This document shows positions 35,303-44,930 of a stretch of 64,000 nt of DNA, piece after piece. Both the position numbers and the translations under genes were made by a program. The notes below the pieces were generated by a model, which was given only the letters and a program-made list of their open reading frames with translations, was not told where the DNA came from and did not search any database. How positions within the stretch are numbered: position 1 is the first letter of the stretch; every line of letters starts with the position of its first letter. Origin of the DNA: Dehalococcoidia bacterium (GTDB lineage: Bacteria > Chloroflexota > Dehalococcoidia > Lucifugimonadales > UBA1123); contig CBDANP010000006.1 of the NCBI GenBank assembly GCA_965197685.1, positions 621,655 to 685,654 of the forward strand. Reading direction: 5' to 3'.

Positions 35303-36532
35303 ATGTTTATGTGTAGGTTGGCACTGTTGAGTTTTCATGGGTGTCCGGTGGCGAGGCTGGGGGAGAAGGACACCGGCGGGATGAATGTATATGTACTCCA
35401 GTTGGCCCGCGAGTTTGTCGCAAAGGGCTACGAGGTTGACGTTTTCACCCGATACCACGACCCCGAAGACCCAAAAATCGTAGAACTGGAAGACGGCGCC
35501 AGGGTTATCCACCTCAACGCAGGCCCCCTCGACGCCGCCAAAGAGGACCTGTTCAACTACATCCCCATGTTCCTCCGCGATCTGAACGATTTTCAGCGAG
35601 CCGAAGAGACGCCGTACGACATAATCCACAGCCACTATTGGCTGTCCGGTCGGGTGGGCATGGCTCTGAGCCGCGAATGGAATGTTCCGCACGTGACCAC
35701 GTTTCATACCCTCGCCAAGACGAAACTGAGGGCGCGGGTCGGTGAGCGCGAACCGCAGCTTAGACAGGATATAGAGGCGCTCGTAATGTCCGACTCGGAC
35801 GGAATAGTCGTATCCACCGAGGAGGAGAAGCACGATGTGATCAGCCTGTACAACGCCCCCTCTCACAAGGTCGAAGTCATACCCGCGGGCGTGAACCTGG
35901 ATATGTTTTCGCCGGTGGATCAGGACTGCGCCCGCCGCGAACTCGGCATACAGGAAGAGAACATTATCCTGTACGTTGGGCGCATCGAGCCTCTGAAGGG
36001 AATAGACATCCTGCTCCGCGCCGTGCCTCTTCTGGAGTGTGCGAACGACCTGCGCGTGCTGGTGGTCGGCGGCAATCCGAGCGGCGACACTGAGATGGAG
36101 CGTCTGAAAACGATAGCTGAAGAACTCGGCATACGGGACTCGGTGACGTTCACCGGCCCGGTTCCACAGGATCGGCTGCCCACTTATTACAGCGCAGCCG
36201 ATATTTTTGTGCTGCCTTCCCACGCGGAGAGCTTCGGACTCGCCGCGCTGGAGGCGATGGCCTGCGGCACTCCGGTCGTGGTGTCCAGAGTCGGCGGCCT
36301 CAAGACGTTCGTGGACAACGCCGAGACCGGCTACCTGGTTCCATGGCGATGTCCGGAGGCGTTCGCGCAGCGTCTGGATATGCTGCTGGCGAACCCGGAC
36401 CTCGGGCGCGCTATGGGCAACGCGGCGCGCGAAAAGGCGCTGAGCATGGGCTGGAACCACGTCGCGGACAGAATGCTCGGATACTACGGCCGCCTCGCGA
36501 CGGAGTTATGGTCCGGTGTCGCCGGGGACTGA
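35303..36532 (+). CDS. family-4 glycosyltransferase (MshA-like)
   Basis: The N-terminal LSFHGCPVARLGEKDTGGMNVYV is MshA-like. The C-terminal LPSHAESFGLAALEAMACGTPVV carries the GT4 EX7E region. Confidence 0.85.
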   Translation: MFMCRLALLSFHGCPVARLGEKDTGGMNVYVLQLAREFVAKGYEVDVFTRYHDPEDPKIVELEDGARVIHLNAGPLDAAKEDLFNYIPMFLRDLNDFQRAEETPYDIIHSHYWLSGRVGMALSREWNVPHVTTFHTLAKTKLRARVGEREPQLRQDIEALVMSDSDGIVVSTEEEKHDVISLYNAPSHKVEVIPAGVNLDMFSPVDQDCARRELGIQEENIILYVGRIEPLKGIDILLRAVPLLECANDLRVLVVGGNPSGDTEMERLKTIAEELGIRDSVTFTGPVPQDRLPTYYSAADIFVLPSHAESFGLAALEAMACGTPVVVSRVGGLKTFVDNAETGYLVPWRCPEAFAQRLDMLLANPDLGRAMGNAAREKALSMGWNHVADRMLGYYGRLATELWSGVAGD

Positions 36533-36646
36533 ACCATAACCTCCACTTTCCCGTTGAATACCCACCCCTGCGATGCTATAAAATTATATGCGCTATAATT
36601 AATCTGGAAATGTTGAATCTGCGCGAGTTCATAGAGGCTATGGCTC

Positions 36647-37414
36647 ATGGATAGTACAGGCCAGAACACTCAGGGGCCAAACCCGCCCGAAAAGGTGCCA
36701 GCTTTCCGTAAGGTGGAGCGTCACTTCTGGAGGCGCATGACTCGAGGGTTACTGGTGATAATCCCGCTTCTTGTCACCCTCCTCATCCTGCGCTACCTTG
36801 TCGCGATATTGGGGAGTCTGTTAAGGCCGGTCGCGAGCCTGATTCTCGATATTCCATATATGGCCGAAGTCCCCGCCTCCACGCCCATCGCCTGGCTGAT
36901 AGCTGTCTCGGCTACACTCGTATTCTTATATCTACTTGGCTGGCTGGTGACCGGAGACAGGGGGCAGAGAAGCGTAAAGGTGGCTCTGAACTCGGTTCTG
37001 GACCGTATTCCTGTGGTTGGGAAAATTTATACGGTAGCGAATCAGGCGACTGAGGCTATCGCCACGCCCATGAGCGGTGAATACAGCCGGGTTGTGTTTC
37101 TGGAATGGCCGCGCGAGGGCGTGCGGGCAATGGGCCTGGTGACTGGGCAGTACTATGTGCCGAATGAAGATCGGGTTATGCTGACCATATACATAGCCAC
37201 GGTGCCAAACCCCACGTCTGGAATGCTGGCGATATTGCCCGAGAGCGACGTGATCGAAACGGACATCAGGGTCGAGGACGCGATGAAGATAATCTTCTCC
37301 GGCGGAATCGTTCTGCCCGACACGATGCGTGTGGGCGACCAAGTGGGGTTTGCCCACCGGGGCAGACAGCCGGACCGCGTTTCTTCCGAAGACAGCCCTG
37401 TCCCGCTGGAATAG
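36647..37414 (+). CDS. DUF502 family membrane protein
   Basis: Two N-terminal transmembrane helices, then LDRIPVVGKIYTVANQ and the MLAILPESDVIETD core, as remembered for DUF502. Confidence 0.75.
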   Translation: MDSTGQNTQGPNPPEKVPAFRKVERHFWRRMTRGLLVIIPLLVTLLILRYLVAILGSLLRPVASLILDIPYMAEVPASTPIAWLIAVSATLVFLYLLGWLVTGDRGQRSVKVALNSVLDRIPVVGKIYTVANQATEAIATPMSGEYSRVVFLEWPREGVRAMGLVTGQYYVPNEDRVMLTIYIATVPNPTSGMLAILPESDVIETDIRVEDAMKIIFSGGIVLPDTMRVGDQVGFAHRGRQPDRVSSEDSPVPLE

Positions 37415-37454
37415 GGCCTTGACAGCAGCAGGGCCCCTGTTCCGGCGACACCGT

Positions 37455-38993
37455 CTAAACCGCTTCCCAATCTCGCAAGACCGCGTGAGCCGCGTTATGT
37501 CCCGGCGCTCCCGTCACCTCTCCGCCCGGGTGCGTGCCGGCCCCGCACAGGTACAGGCCATCCACCGGCGTCTTGTAACCGTTGAACAGACTGCCCGGCC
37601 TGTTTGAAAGTATCTGCGCCGACGTAATGTCCAGGTGGCGTATATTGCCGTCCGTCAGACCCACCCGCTCCTCCAGTTCCACAGGCGTAAAAAGCTCCCA
37701 GTCCCTCACCGACCGGCGGAAATTCGGCGCGTACTTCCCGATAATGTCTATTAGCTGCTCTCCAGTCTGTTCGCGCAGGTCGTCCCACGTGCCTTCCCGG
37801 GGCCTGACCGGCGCGTAGAGTACCCATATAGACATCACGTGCTTGCCCTCCGGCGTCAGCGACTTGTCCACGACCGACGGGATCTGTATGTGCATGACCG
37901 GCGCCGAAGACGGCCTTCCGGCGCGCGCGTCGTCCGCGCTCTGCTGGAAATAGTCAACCGACGGGCAGATACGAACCTGCACCAGGAAATTCTCGTCGTA
38001 CCGGCTCCCCAGTTGGTGGGTGAAGTCCGGCAACTCGTCCAGCGCGGCATGGAACTTCAGGTAGGACACGTTCGTCTTCAGCCTGCCGACACCCCTCACG
38101 ACCTCCGGCGCGAGGTCAGCCTCGTCCACCAGGGACAGGAATGTCCGTTTCGGGTCGGCGTTCGACAACACCACGTCCGCCTCGATCCGCTCGCCGTCCG
38201 CAAGTTCTACCCCGACGGCCCGCCCGTCGCGGACGATTATCCGCTCCACCACCGCGTTCGTGCGTATCTCCGCCCCCAGCGATTCGGCTGCGCGCGCCAT
38301 CGCCTGCGTTATCCCGCCCATTCCCCCGTGCGGAATGCCGAAATTCTGGTCCTCGGTGAAAATGTCAACATCTACGTAGGCCACCGACATTATAGAACCT
38401 GGAGCGCGCGGGTCGCCCGCGTCCTCGGCGTCAATGAAGACCGCTCTCACCTCCGGCGACTCGAAATGCTCCTCCACCAGGTCGCGCATATTCCCGGTCA
38501 GCATCCGTTCCCACACAGCCTCGTCTCGTGTCCCGCGCACGTCCTCGGTCACCTGCGCCAGGCTCGGCGGACTTTCCAGAAAGTAGCGGTGCAGAATGCC
38601 TGCGGCCCTTCGCATGAAATCCTGGAAGTGTCCGTACCCATCCACGTCGCGCGGGGACAGCCGCGCCAATTCCTCGGCGTTGCTGCGCTCATCGTGCCAG
38701 CGCAGCATATAGTTGCCGCTCGGGAACGGTTGAAAGCGATACGGGTCAACCGGATGAATGTCCAGGCCGTGTTTTCGGAGTTCCAGGTCGTCTATCACCT
38801 TGCCCTGAAGCATATGGCAGATGTACGAACACGACGACACCCGAAAATCAGGGAACAACTCCTCGGTAATGCACGCTCCGCCCACGAAGTCGCGGCGTTC
38901 GAGAACCAAGACGCGCCCGCCCGCTCTCGCCAGGTAATTGGCCGCCACAAGCCCGTTGTGGCCCGCTCCCACGATGATCGCTGAATATGACAA
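37455..38993 (-). CDS. phytoene-desaturase-family FAD-dependent oxidoreductase (CrtI-like)
   Basis: YSAIIVGAGHNGLVAANYLARAG dinucleotide fold and C-terminal LYLCGAGTHPGGEVTGAPG. TTG 38993 with a GGAG 7 nt upstream is preferred; the listed ATG 39056 would overlap the divergent HAD gene start. Confidence 0.85.
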   Translation of the reverse strand: MSYSAIIVGAGHNGLVAANYLARAGGRVLVLERRDFVGGACITEELFPDFRVSSCSYICHMLQGKVIDDLELRKHGLDIHPVDPYRFQPFPSGNYMLRWHDERSNAEELARLSPRDVDGYGHFQDFMRRAAGILHRYFLESPPSLAQVTEDVRGTRDEAVWERMLTGNMRDLVEEHFESPEVRAVFIDAEDAGDPRAPGSIMSVAYVDVDIFTEDQNFGIPHGGMGGITQAMARAAESLGAEIRTNAVVERIIVRDGRAVGVELADGERIEADVVLSNADPKRTFLSLVDEADLAPEVVRGVGRLKTNVSYLKFHAALDELPDFTHQLGSRYDENFLVQVRICPSVDYFQQSADDARAGRPSSAPVMHIQIPSVVDKSLTPEGKHVMSIWVLYAPVRPREGTWDDLREQTGEQLIDIIGKYAPNFRRSVRDWELFTPVELEERVGLTDGNIRHLDITSAQILSNRPGSLFNGYKTPVDGLYLCGAGTHPGGEVTGAPGHNAAHAVLRDWEAV

Positions 38994-39055
38994 GGTACGA
39001 CTCCTATGGTTGGTAAGTGATACTATTCGCGGTAATCCTATCCTATGGTGAATCA

Positions 39056-39754
39056 ATGAACCAGATTAAAGGCATATTATTCGACTCTGGCGATACGCTC
39101 GTCAGGTCAAAGGCGGGTTCGTGGTTCCCCAAACAACACTTCATTGACCCACTTGAAGCGCGCGAGATACGTGATGCGCGTATGGATAGGTTCGACGAGG
39201 CGCTCGCCGTAGGACTGCGGTATCTCGATGACAATCACTATCTGGCGGCCGACGAGCGGATAGAACGACACCAGTTCCGTACTGCCTACCAGCTGATCTT
39301 TGAGGCGTTGGGTGTCGAATCGCCCTCTGAAAGACTCATATCGGACATCCTGCGCCCATTCGATGAAGAAGTCGGCATAGAGCCTTTCCCTGACACGCTT
39401 CCTACCCTGATAAGACTCCGAGATAGCGGGATCAAGCTGGGCATAGTATCCGACAACTGGCCCTCTCTTGACAGGCGATACCGAGCGTTGGGCCTGCGCG
39501 ACTTTTTCGATACCTTCGTAATCTCGGCTCTGGCCGGATGCGTCAAGCCTTCCGTCCGAATTTACCGGCTTGGCATCGCCGAAATCGCTCTCGAACCAGC
39601 CTCGCTTATGTTCGTGGACGACAACCCTGAAAACGTAGAGGCCGCCATTCAATTGGGCATGGCCGGCCTGGTGATTGCACGCTATGGGCATATGCCGAAG
39701 ACCGATCTGCCCGTCATAACTGGCCTCGACGAAGTGATCAGCGCGATACGATAG
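39056..39754 (+). CDS. HAD-superfamily hydrolase
   Basis: Motif I ILFDSGDTLV, motif II GIVSDN and motif IV FVDDNPENV. The start is at ATG 39056 (MNQIKG...). Confidence 0.85.
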   Translation: MNQIKGILFDSGDTLVRSKAGSWFPKQHFIDPLEAREIRDARMDRFDEALAVGLRYLDDNHYLAADERIERHQFRTAYQLIFEALGVESPSERLISDILRPFDEEVGIEPFPDTLPTLIRLRDSGIKLGIVSDNWPSLDRRYRALGLRDFFDTFVISALAGCVKPSVRIYRLGIAEIALEPASLMFVDDNPENVEAAIQLGMAGLVIARYGHMPKTDLPVITGLDEVISAIR

Positions 39755-39958
39755 GCCGATTCAGGACATTTCCGAGAGAACGTCAGCCAGAATTTCGTCG
39801 AACACATCATCGGGAATCCCGCTTAGGTCCAGCTCGAACCCTTCCAGCGCGTAATCCTCATATGTAAACTTGGTCTGTGTTCAGATGCAACCATAACCGC
39901 CTCCCGCTGACTGTCGCCCCCCTCATAGACCAATCCCCACGCCCACGAACCGAAAGGT

Positions 39959-40273
39959 TTAGATGCTGTTCAGGGACACATAGTTGCGTGCAATTTCTTG
40001 GTGAAATGTCTCGGGCAGCTTCGCCCAGTCGTGTGCATCCACGATGATCGGTATGTTCGATTCTCTAAATGCTTCGCGCAGGGCCTGCATATCCACGTTT
40101 GGGATGGGCCGTAGCCCGGGCCCGCGAAGCGCGAGGTCGAGGTCGCTCGCCTCATGGCTTGTGCCATCAACTCGACTGCCGTATGCCCACGCTTCAGCAT
40201 ACGGCGCCTTCTCCCGCAATATCTCTTCCACCTGCCGACGGTAACGGCTCGGAAGGCGCAGTTGGTCACTCAT
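39959..40273 (-). CDS. minimal nucleotidyltransferase (MNT) antitoxin of a HEPN-MNT module
   Basis: GS-x10-DLD motif (YGSRVDGTSHEASDLDLAL). 104 aa. 8-nt overlap with the upstream HEPN gene. Confidence 0.85.
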   Translation of the reverse strand: MSDQLRLPSRYRRQVEEILREKAPYAEAWAYGSRVDGTSHEASDLDLALRGPGLRPIPNVDMQALREAFRESNIPIIVDAHDWAKLPETFHQEIARNYVSLNSI

Positions 40274-40691
40274 CCGACCCCTCCGCTATCACTCGGGCCA
40301 ACTCCTTAGCGTCGGCTATAAAGTCGGGCAGCAACGTGAGCGTGGTTTCAGCAAAGTCCTCGCCGTAGAGGTGCGCGGTGTCGTTGCGGTTGTCTCGATA
40401 CTCGAACCATCGTTCACATGCCTGCAGCGAAATAAGGCCGTGTTTTGCCGCATATCGGAATATGTCCTTGAAAACAAGCCTGTCAGCCTGTCGGTTAGAT
40501 GCGAAGTAGGGCCTGAGCCGTTTTTTCAGCAGGCTGCCGGACTGTTCGAGGATTATCTCGAACTCTTTGACGCAAGCCGAACGGAAAACCTCGTACATGA
40601 AGTCTCCCGGCTCATGCAGCCGCAACTGATCTAGCGCCAGCTCCAACGTGCCGATGCAGCGTGTAAGGAAGTCAGTGTTAATGGCAGTCAT
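40266..40691 (-). CDS. HEPN-domain protein (nucleotidyltransferase substrate-binding, HI0074 family) toxin
   Basis: RNDTAH (Rx4H HEPN motif) and HI0074-like helices. The start is set at ATG 40691 (MTAINTDF...). Confidence 0.85.
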   Translation of the reverse strand: MTAINTDFLTRCIGTLELALDQLRLHEPGDFMYEVFRSACVKEFEIILEQSGSLLKKRLRPYFASNRQADRLVFKDIFRYAAKHGLISLQACERWFEYRDNRNDTAHLYGEDFAETTLTLLPDFIADAKELARVIAEGSDE

Positions 40692-41160
40692 AGCTGTCCT
40701 CTTGTGTCTGATTATAGCCGATGATGGCCAATAAAAGAGCGCGATGAGTCCAGACCCTTCACCCTGTGACTCTTTGGTGGATGACATATAGTCTTTGTAT
40801 CGTACACCGACACACGTGCTACATTAGCCGCGATAAGAACAATAGCGCTGTAAACATAAGGCGAAATTTATCAACGAAGCCAATGCAAACCAAAATAATT
40901 CGCTGAACTGGTATATGCAGGTGAAAACAGCGCCAGATGTCATTTGCAGCCCATCAGCAGACTGCCTGCAGGCCACCTGCACCCTCAACAGCACAACATA
41001 AATCCCAGTACATACATCCTTCCCCGCCGCTCCACATCTTCGTATCCTGTCCCGTCCCGTGTAGCCTCACATCGGGATCGCGTAGCTGTGATACAATTCG
41101 TCTCGGCTTTATTCCCCTTTCGGAAAAAGCTCGTGAGATCAAGCCCCTCGAGGAAATGAC

Positions 41161-42378
41161 ATGAATTCCCGAAACTACGACATAGCCGTTATAGGCGGCG
41201 GCATCATCGGACTCGCCACCGCGATGAGGCTCACCCAGGAGCATCCCGACCGCAAGGTCGTGGTCATCGAGAAGGAGTCAGGGGTCGCCCGCCACCAGAC
41301 GGGACACAACTCCGGCGTCATACACGCGGGCATCTACTACGCGCCCGGCTCGCAGAAGGCCAACTTCTGCTCCACCGGCGGCAGGCTGCTCAGGGAGTTC
41401 TGTGACGAGCGCGGCATCGAATACGAGATGTGCGGCAAGCTCATCGTCGCCATCAACGACGCCGAGGTCCCCGGCCTCGAGGAACTCTACCGCCGCGGCG
41501 CCGCGAACGGCGCTGAGGGCCTCGAACTCATAGGCGCTGAAGAACTCAGAGAACATGAACCCCACGTCGCAGGGGTCAAGGCCATATGGTCTCCGAACAC
41601 CGGCATCATAGACTTCACGAAGGTGTCCGAGGCGTACTCGATTGAAATGCGCGAGAACGGCGGCGACCTGATTACCGACGCCGAGGTCCATTCAATCTCA
41701 AAGAGCAACGGCTCCGTGCATATCCAGACCGGCGCGGGGGACTTCACCGCCAGCAACATCATCAACTGCGCCGGGCTACACGCCGACAAGGTCGCGCGCA
41801 TGATGGACGTGGCCATCGGCGTCCGCATCATCCCGTTCAGGGGCGAATACTTCTCCATCAGGCCCGAGAGCGCCCACCTGGTCAACGGTCTCATATATCC
41901 GGTGCCTGACCCGTCGCTGCCCTTCCTCGGCGTCCACTTCACCAAGCGGATCAACGGCTCGGTCGAGGCTGGCCCCAATGCCGTCCTCGCCCTGAAGCGC
42001 GAGGGATACTCCAAGACATCCTTCTCCATCGCCGACGCCTGGGACACGCTCACCTATCCAGGCTTCTGGCGAATGTCCATGAAATACTGGAAGACAGGCT
42101 TCGACGAACAGTACCGCTCGCTGGTCAAGTCCGTGTTCGTCAAATCTCTCCAGACGCTCATCCCCGAGATAACCGGCGACGACCTCTACGCCCCCGGCGC
42201 CGGGGTGCGCGCGCAGGTCGTTGACGACAGGGGCGCGCTGCTCCAGGATTTCAGCATAGCCGAGACCGAGGGCGCGATACACGTACTGAGCGCGCCCTCC
42301 CCGGGCGCGACCTCCTCGCTCTCCATAAGCCGCTACATAGTGGATATGGCCAAAGAGTCATTCAGCCTCGCGTCATAG
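41161..42378 (+). CDS. lhgO: L-2-hydroxyglutarate oxidase
   Basis: YDIAVIGGGIIGLATAM and HQTGHNSGVIHAGIYYAPGS, typical of LhgO. Length 405 aa. Confidence 0.85.
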   Translation: MNSRNYDIAVIGGGIIGLATAMRLTQEHPDRKVVVIEKESGVARHQTGHNSGVIHAGIYYAPGSQKANFCSTGGRLLREFCDERGIEYEMCGKLIVAINDAEVPGLEELYRRGAANGAEGLELIGAEELREHEPHVAGVKAIWSPNTGIIDFTKVSEAYSIEMRENGGDLITDAEVHSISKSNGSVHIQTGAGDFTASNIINCAGLHADKVARMMDVAIGVRIIPFRGEYFSIRPESAHLVNGLIYPVPDPSLPFLGVHFTKRINGSVEAGPNAVLALKREGYSKTSFSIADAWDTLTYPGFWRMSMKYWKTGFDEQYRSLVKSVFVKSLQTLIPEITGDDLYAPGAGVRAQVVDDRGALLQDFSIAETEGAIHVLSAPSPGATSSLSISRYIVDMAKESFSLAS

Positions 42379-42395
42379 CGAGTGGAGATCAGCGA

Positions 42396-42770
42396 ATGTT
42401 GATACATGAACATACGCGGACAGCACGAGATTTTCTGGAAGCGGCTGACAGAGAATTCGAATCGGGAGACACGTTGCAAGGCTCCGAGAAGATGTGGGGG
42501 GGCTCCCACGCCGTCATGGCCGTGTTTCAGCGGCGCGGTTGGCTTTTTGGATCTCACAATGCGACGAGAGTAGCGGTCGGAAGACTCGCTGAAGAGCATG
42601 AAGATCCATTCATAAGGGCCGCCTTCGGAGTCGCGGAGAAATTCCATGCTGACTTCTACCACGACTTCATGGAATCCGAAGAACGACAAGAGTCTATAGC
42701 TTCGGTGCGCCTTTTGGTCGCCAGACTGATAGCTATGACAGAATCGGATTGGAGTGAAAAATGTGGGTGA
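42396..42770 (+). CDS. PaREP1-like / HEPN-clan helical protein
   Basis: ARDFLEAADREFESGDTLQGSEKMWGGSHAVMAV...EKFHADFYHD follows the remembered PaREP1 pattern (GD..QasEK.W.a...H.nFY). A possible Rx6H motif is RGWLFGSH. Length 124 aa. Confidence 0.55.
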   Translation: MLIHEHTRTARDFLEAADREFESGDTLQGSEKMWGGSHAVMAVFQRRGWLFGSHNATRVAVGRLAEEHEDPFIRAAFGVAEKFHADFYHDFMESEERQESIASVRLLVARLIAMTESDWSEKCG

Positions 42771-43948
42771 TGACTCTTGATGAAGCGATTTCTTGTACTA
42801 GATGTAACCACGCTATATTCGAGGGCGAGCCATGCTTTTCCTCAGTTCCGGCGCAGATACCGGAAGGGGTGCGCCGAGAAAAGTATCCTCACTTTCATGT
42901 AAATTGCCCCGGATGCGCGTCTGAGACTTCCTGCTATGAGACATACGCTTCCAGTCGCCCAACGTTCGCAATGCGAGGAAAACCCGAATGCGCGTACTGT
43001 GGTCATTCGATACCGTCAGGACATCGCGCTGTTCGGGATGATCGCTATTTCCTGGAATACGGCGGGGGACGTCAGAGAAGATCGAGGTCGGCGTTTCAGG
43101 CGATTATCAACAGACGAACCGACTCCACTGCCGGATTCCAGAATATAAGCCGTAACCTTGCGGGCAAATTTAGACGCGCCGGTCTGGGCGGCAAACGCGG
43201 TATTCGCAATAACATCGAAGCCGAACAATTCTACAATTCCAGCATTCCAGTCCCTGTCCGTAACCTTGGCGAAGGCGCCGTCAGAAGTTTCACGAAGGGC
43301 AAACAAGCCAGTCACATAGAGTCCGTCGCCAATGCGCCCGGCAAGGCCAAAATCTCGGGAAACACCATATGGGAATCCGCCGGAAAGAACATACGGCGCG
43401 GCTCTAAGAACATGACCAAGCCCGAACTGATAGGGGCCAACATCAAGAACGCCGCGCAGACTGCCGGAATCGTAGCCAAAGGCGCTGCTGTGTCCGGCGC
43501 TCGCGGTGGCGCTATATCTGCATTGATCGAACTTCCCGTGAGCGCGGCGGAGAACGTGATCCTTGCCGCAAAGGGCGGAAAGAGTGTCACGGACGCCGCT
43601 CGCGATACTGCTGCGGATACCGCCAAAGCCGGAGTCGCGGGTGGAGTCGTCGCGGGCGGACTCTACACCGCTGCTGCCCTCGGAGCGGGCACGACAATAG
43701 CGGCGGTCGCGCCGGTGGCGGCAGTTGTCGGAACAGGCGTGTTCGGCGTTTCGACATACCTGCGTGTCAGACGCGCCATGAAAGACGCTCGCGTGGGTTG
43801 GGAAAGCCTCTGTTTTCACGCCGAATGCACAGATTGTGATGCCGACCATATATGCTATCAGCTATTCGTTGCCGAGATGGGCCTTTATGCCCTAGACAAT
43901 GCACTGAAACACGGTTTCAAGAGTCAGCGACAGGAGAAAACTAAATGA
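42761..43948 (+). CDS. hypothetical multidomain protein: zinc ribbons, HNH-like motif, Gly/Ala-rich (glycine-zipper) membrane segment, Cys-rich tail
   Basis: CTRC...CPGC...CAYC at the N-terminus. ASHIESVANAPGKAKISGNTIWESAGKNIRRGSKNM resembles the H..N..N(xxKG) His-Me finger without its cysteines. AGVAGGVVAGGLYTAAALGAGTTIAAVAPVAAVVGTGVFGV is the Gly/Ala-rich segment. CFHAECTDCDADHIC is the tail. The start overlaps the upstream stop, and the stop overlaps the next start. Confidence 0.5.
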   Translation: MWVMTLDEAISCTRCNHAIFEGEPCFSSVPAQIPEGVRREKYPHFHVNCPGCASETSCYETYASSRPTFAMRGKPECAYCGHSIPSGHRAVRDDRYFLEYGGGRQRRSRSAFQAIINRRTDSTAGFQNISRNLAGKFRRAGLGGKRGIRNNIEAEQFYNSSIPVPVRNLGEGAVRSFTKGKQASHIESVANAPGKAKISGNTIWESAGKNIRRGSKNMTKPELIGANIKNAAQTAGIVAKGAAVSGARGGAISALIELPVSAAENVILAAKGGKSVTDAARDTAADTAKAGVAGGVVAGGLYTAAALGAGTTIAAVAPVAAVVGTGVFGVSTYLRVRRAMKDARVGWESLCFHAECTDCDADHICYQLFVAEMGLYALDNALKHGFKSQRQEKTK

Positions 43949-44868
43949 AAATCGCATACGCATTCAGACGAGGAACCTTCTACCCATTCATGGCGGGCGC
44001 GGCCTGGAACATCCCCGACGACCCCAAGACCCGCACCGAGTACCTCGGCCGGGTCAACGACATCGGCTTCGACGGCATAGAGCTTGGTTTCGAGGCGTTC
44101 GGAGGCTTCGACGCCACAGAGAAGACCGCGACGGAACTCCAGTCTGTCCTGAAAGATGCCGGAACCCCCTGCGTCGCCATCCGCGCCGGAGGCGGACTGT
44201 GCCAGCCCAGCGTCGCCGCGCAGAGCCGCAAGCGGCTCGAGAAGGCCGTCGAGATTGCGGGCTGGGTAGGTGCGGACATCGTAAACACCGCGCTCGGCAG
44301 CCCACCCCGCGACGCTACCCTGGACACCGGGCCGAGCGGCGAGCCTTCCTCGTATGGCTCCAGCGCGCTCGCCACCCAGGACGATTTCGTCCGCACCGCC
44401 GCCGCGCTCCGAGAGGTCGGCGACATGGCCGCAGGACACGGCGTCAACATAACCATCGAGGTTCACCAGCACTCCATAGCCGACAACTCCTGGTCAACGC
44501 TCCATCTTCTCGAACTCACCGGCAGCCCGAACGTGTTCGCCAACCCCGACCTGGGCAATGTGCTGTGGACATACGAAGAACCCGAAGAGACGATGGAAGA
44601 GTGCATAGTCGCGCTCGCGCCCCATTCCGGGTACTGGCACTGCAAGAGCCTTCAGCGCGTCCACATCCCCGAACTCAACCACTCCTACTTTATCAGGACG
44701 CCCCTCCCCGACGGCGACATAGACTACCGTTTCGCCCTCTCCGCCATGCACGAGGCCGGATACGACGGCTACTTCGCCCTCGAAGGCACCAACACCGGCG
44801 ACCAGCTTCACAAGGACAAGCGGAGCGTTGACTACGTAAAGGGCATACTCGCCGAACTCGAAGATTAG
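43945..44868 (+). CDS. sugar phosphate isomerase/epimerase (xylose-isomerase-like TIM barrel)
   Basis: GFDGIELGF, ITIEVHQHS and YFALEG are typical AP_endonuc_2 / xylose-isomerase-like fold motifs. Confidence 0.8.
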   Translation: MKIAYAFRRGTFYPFMAGAAWNIPDDPKTRTEYLGRVNDIGFDGIELGFEAFGGFDATEKTATELQSVLKDAGTPCVAIRAGGGLCQPSVAAQSRKRLEKAVEIAGWVGADIVNTALGSPPRDATLDTGPSGEPSSYGSSALATQDDFVRTAAALREVGDMAAGHGVNITIEVHQHSIADNSWSTLHLLELTGSPNVFANPDLGNVLWTYEEPEETMEECIVALAPHSGYWHCKSLQRVHIPELNHSYFIRTPLPDGDIDYRFALSAMHEAGYDGYFALEGTNTGDQLHKDKRSVDYVKGILAELED

Positions 44869-44894
44869 CCGCGCTTCACCCAGTACCACTCTGA

Positions 44895-44930
44895 GAAGGC
44901 TCCGCGCCGGACAGCGGGGCCTTCTTATTA
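44895..44930 (+). terminator. probable intrinsic terminator
   Basis: GAAGGCTCCGC-GCCGGACA-GCGGGGCCTTC followed by TTATTA, 27 nt after the stop of the isomerase gene. Confidence 0.55.

Noticed and set aside
34247-36532. GNAT plus MshA-like GT4 as a mycothiol (mshA/mshD) locus.
   Set aside because: The GNAT is of the CelD/BioF2-like type rather than the two-domain MshD type. No mshB or mshC is nearby. The evidence is too thin for a pathway claim.
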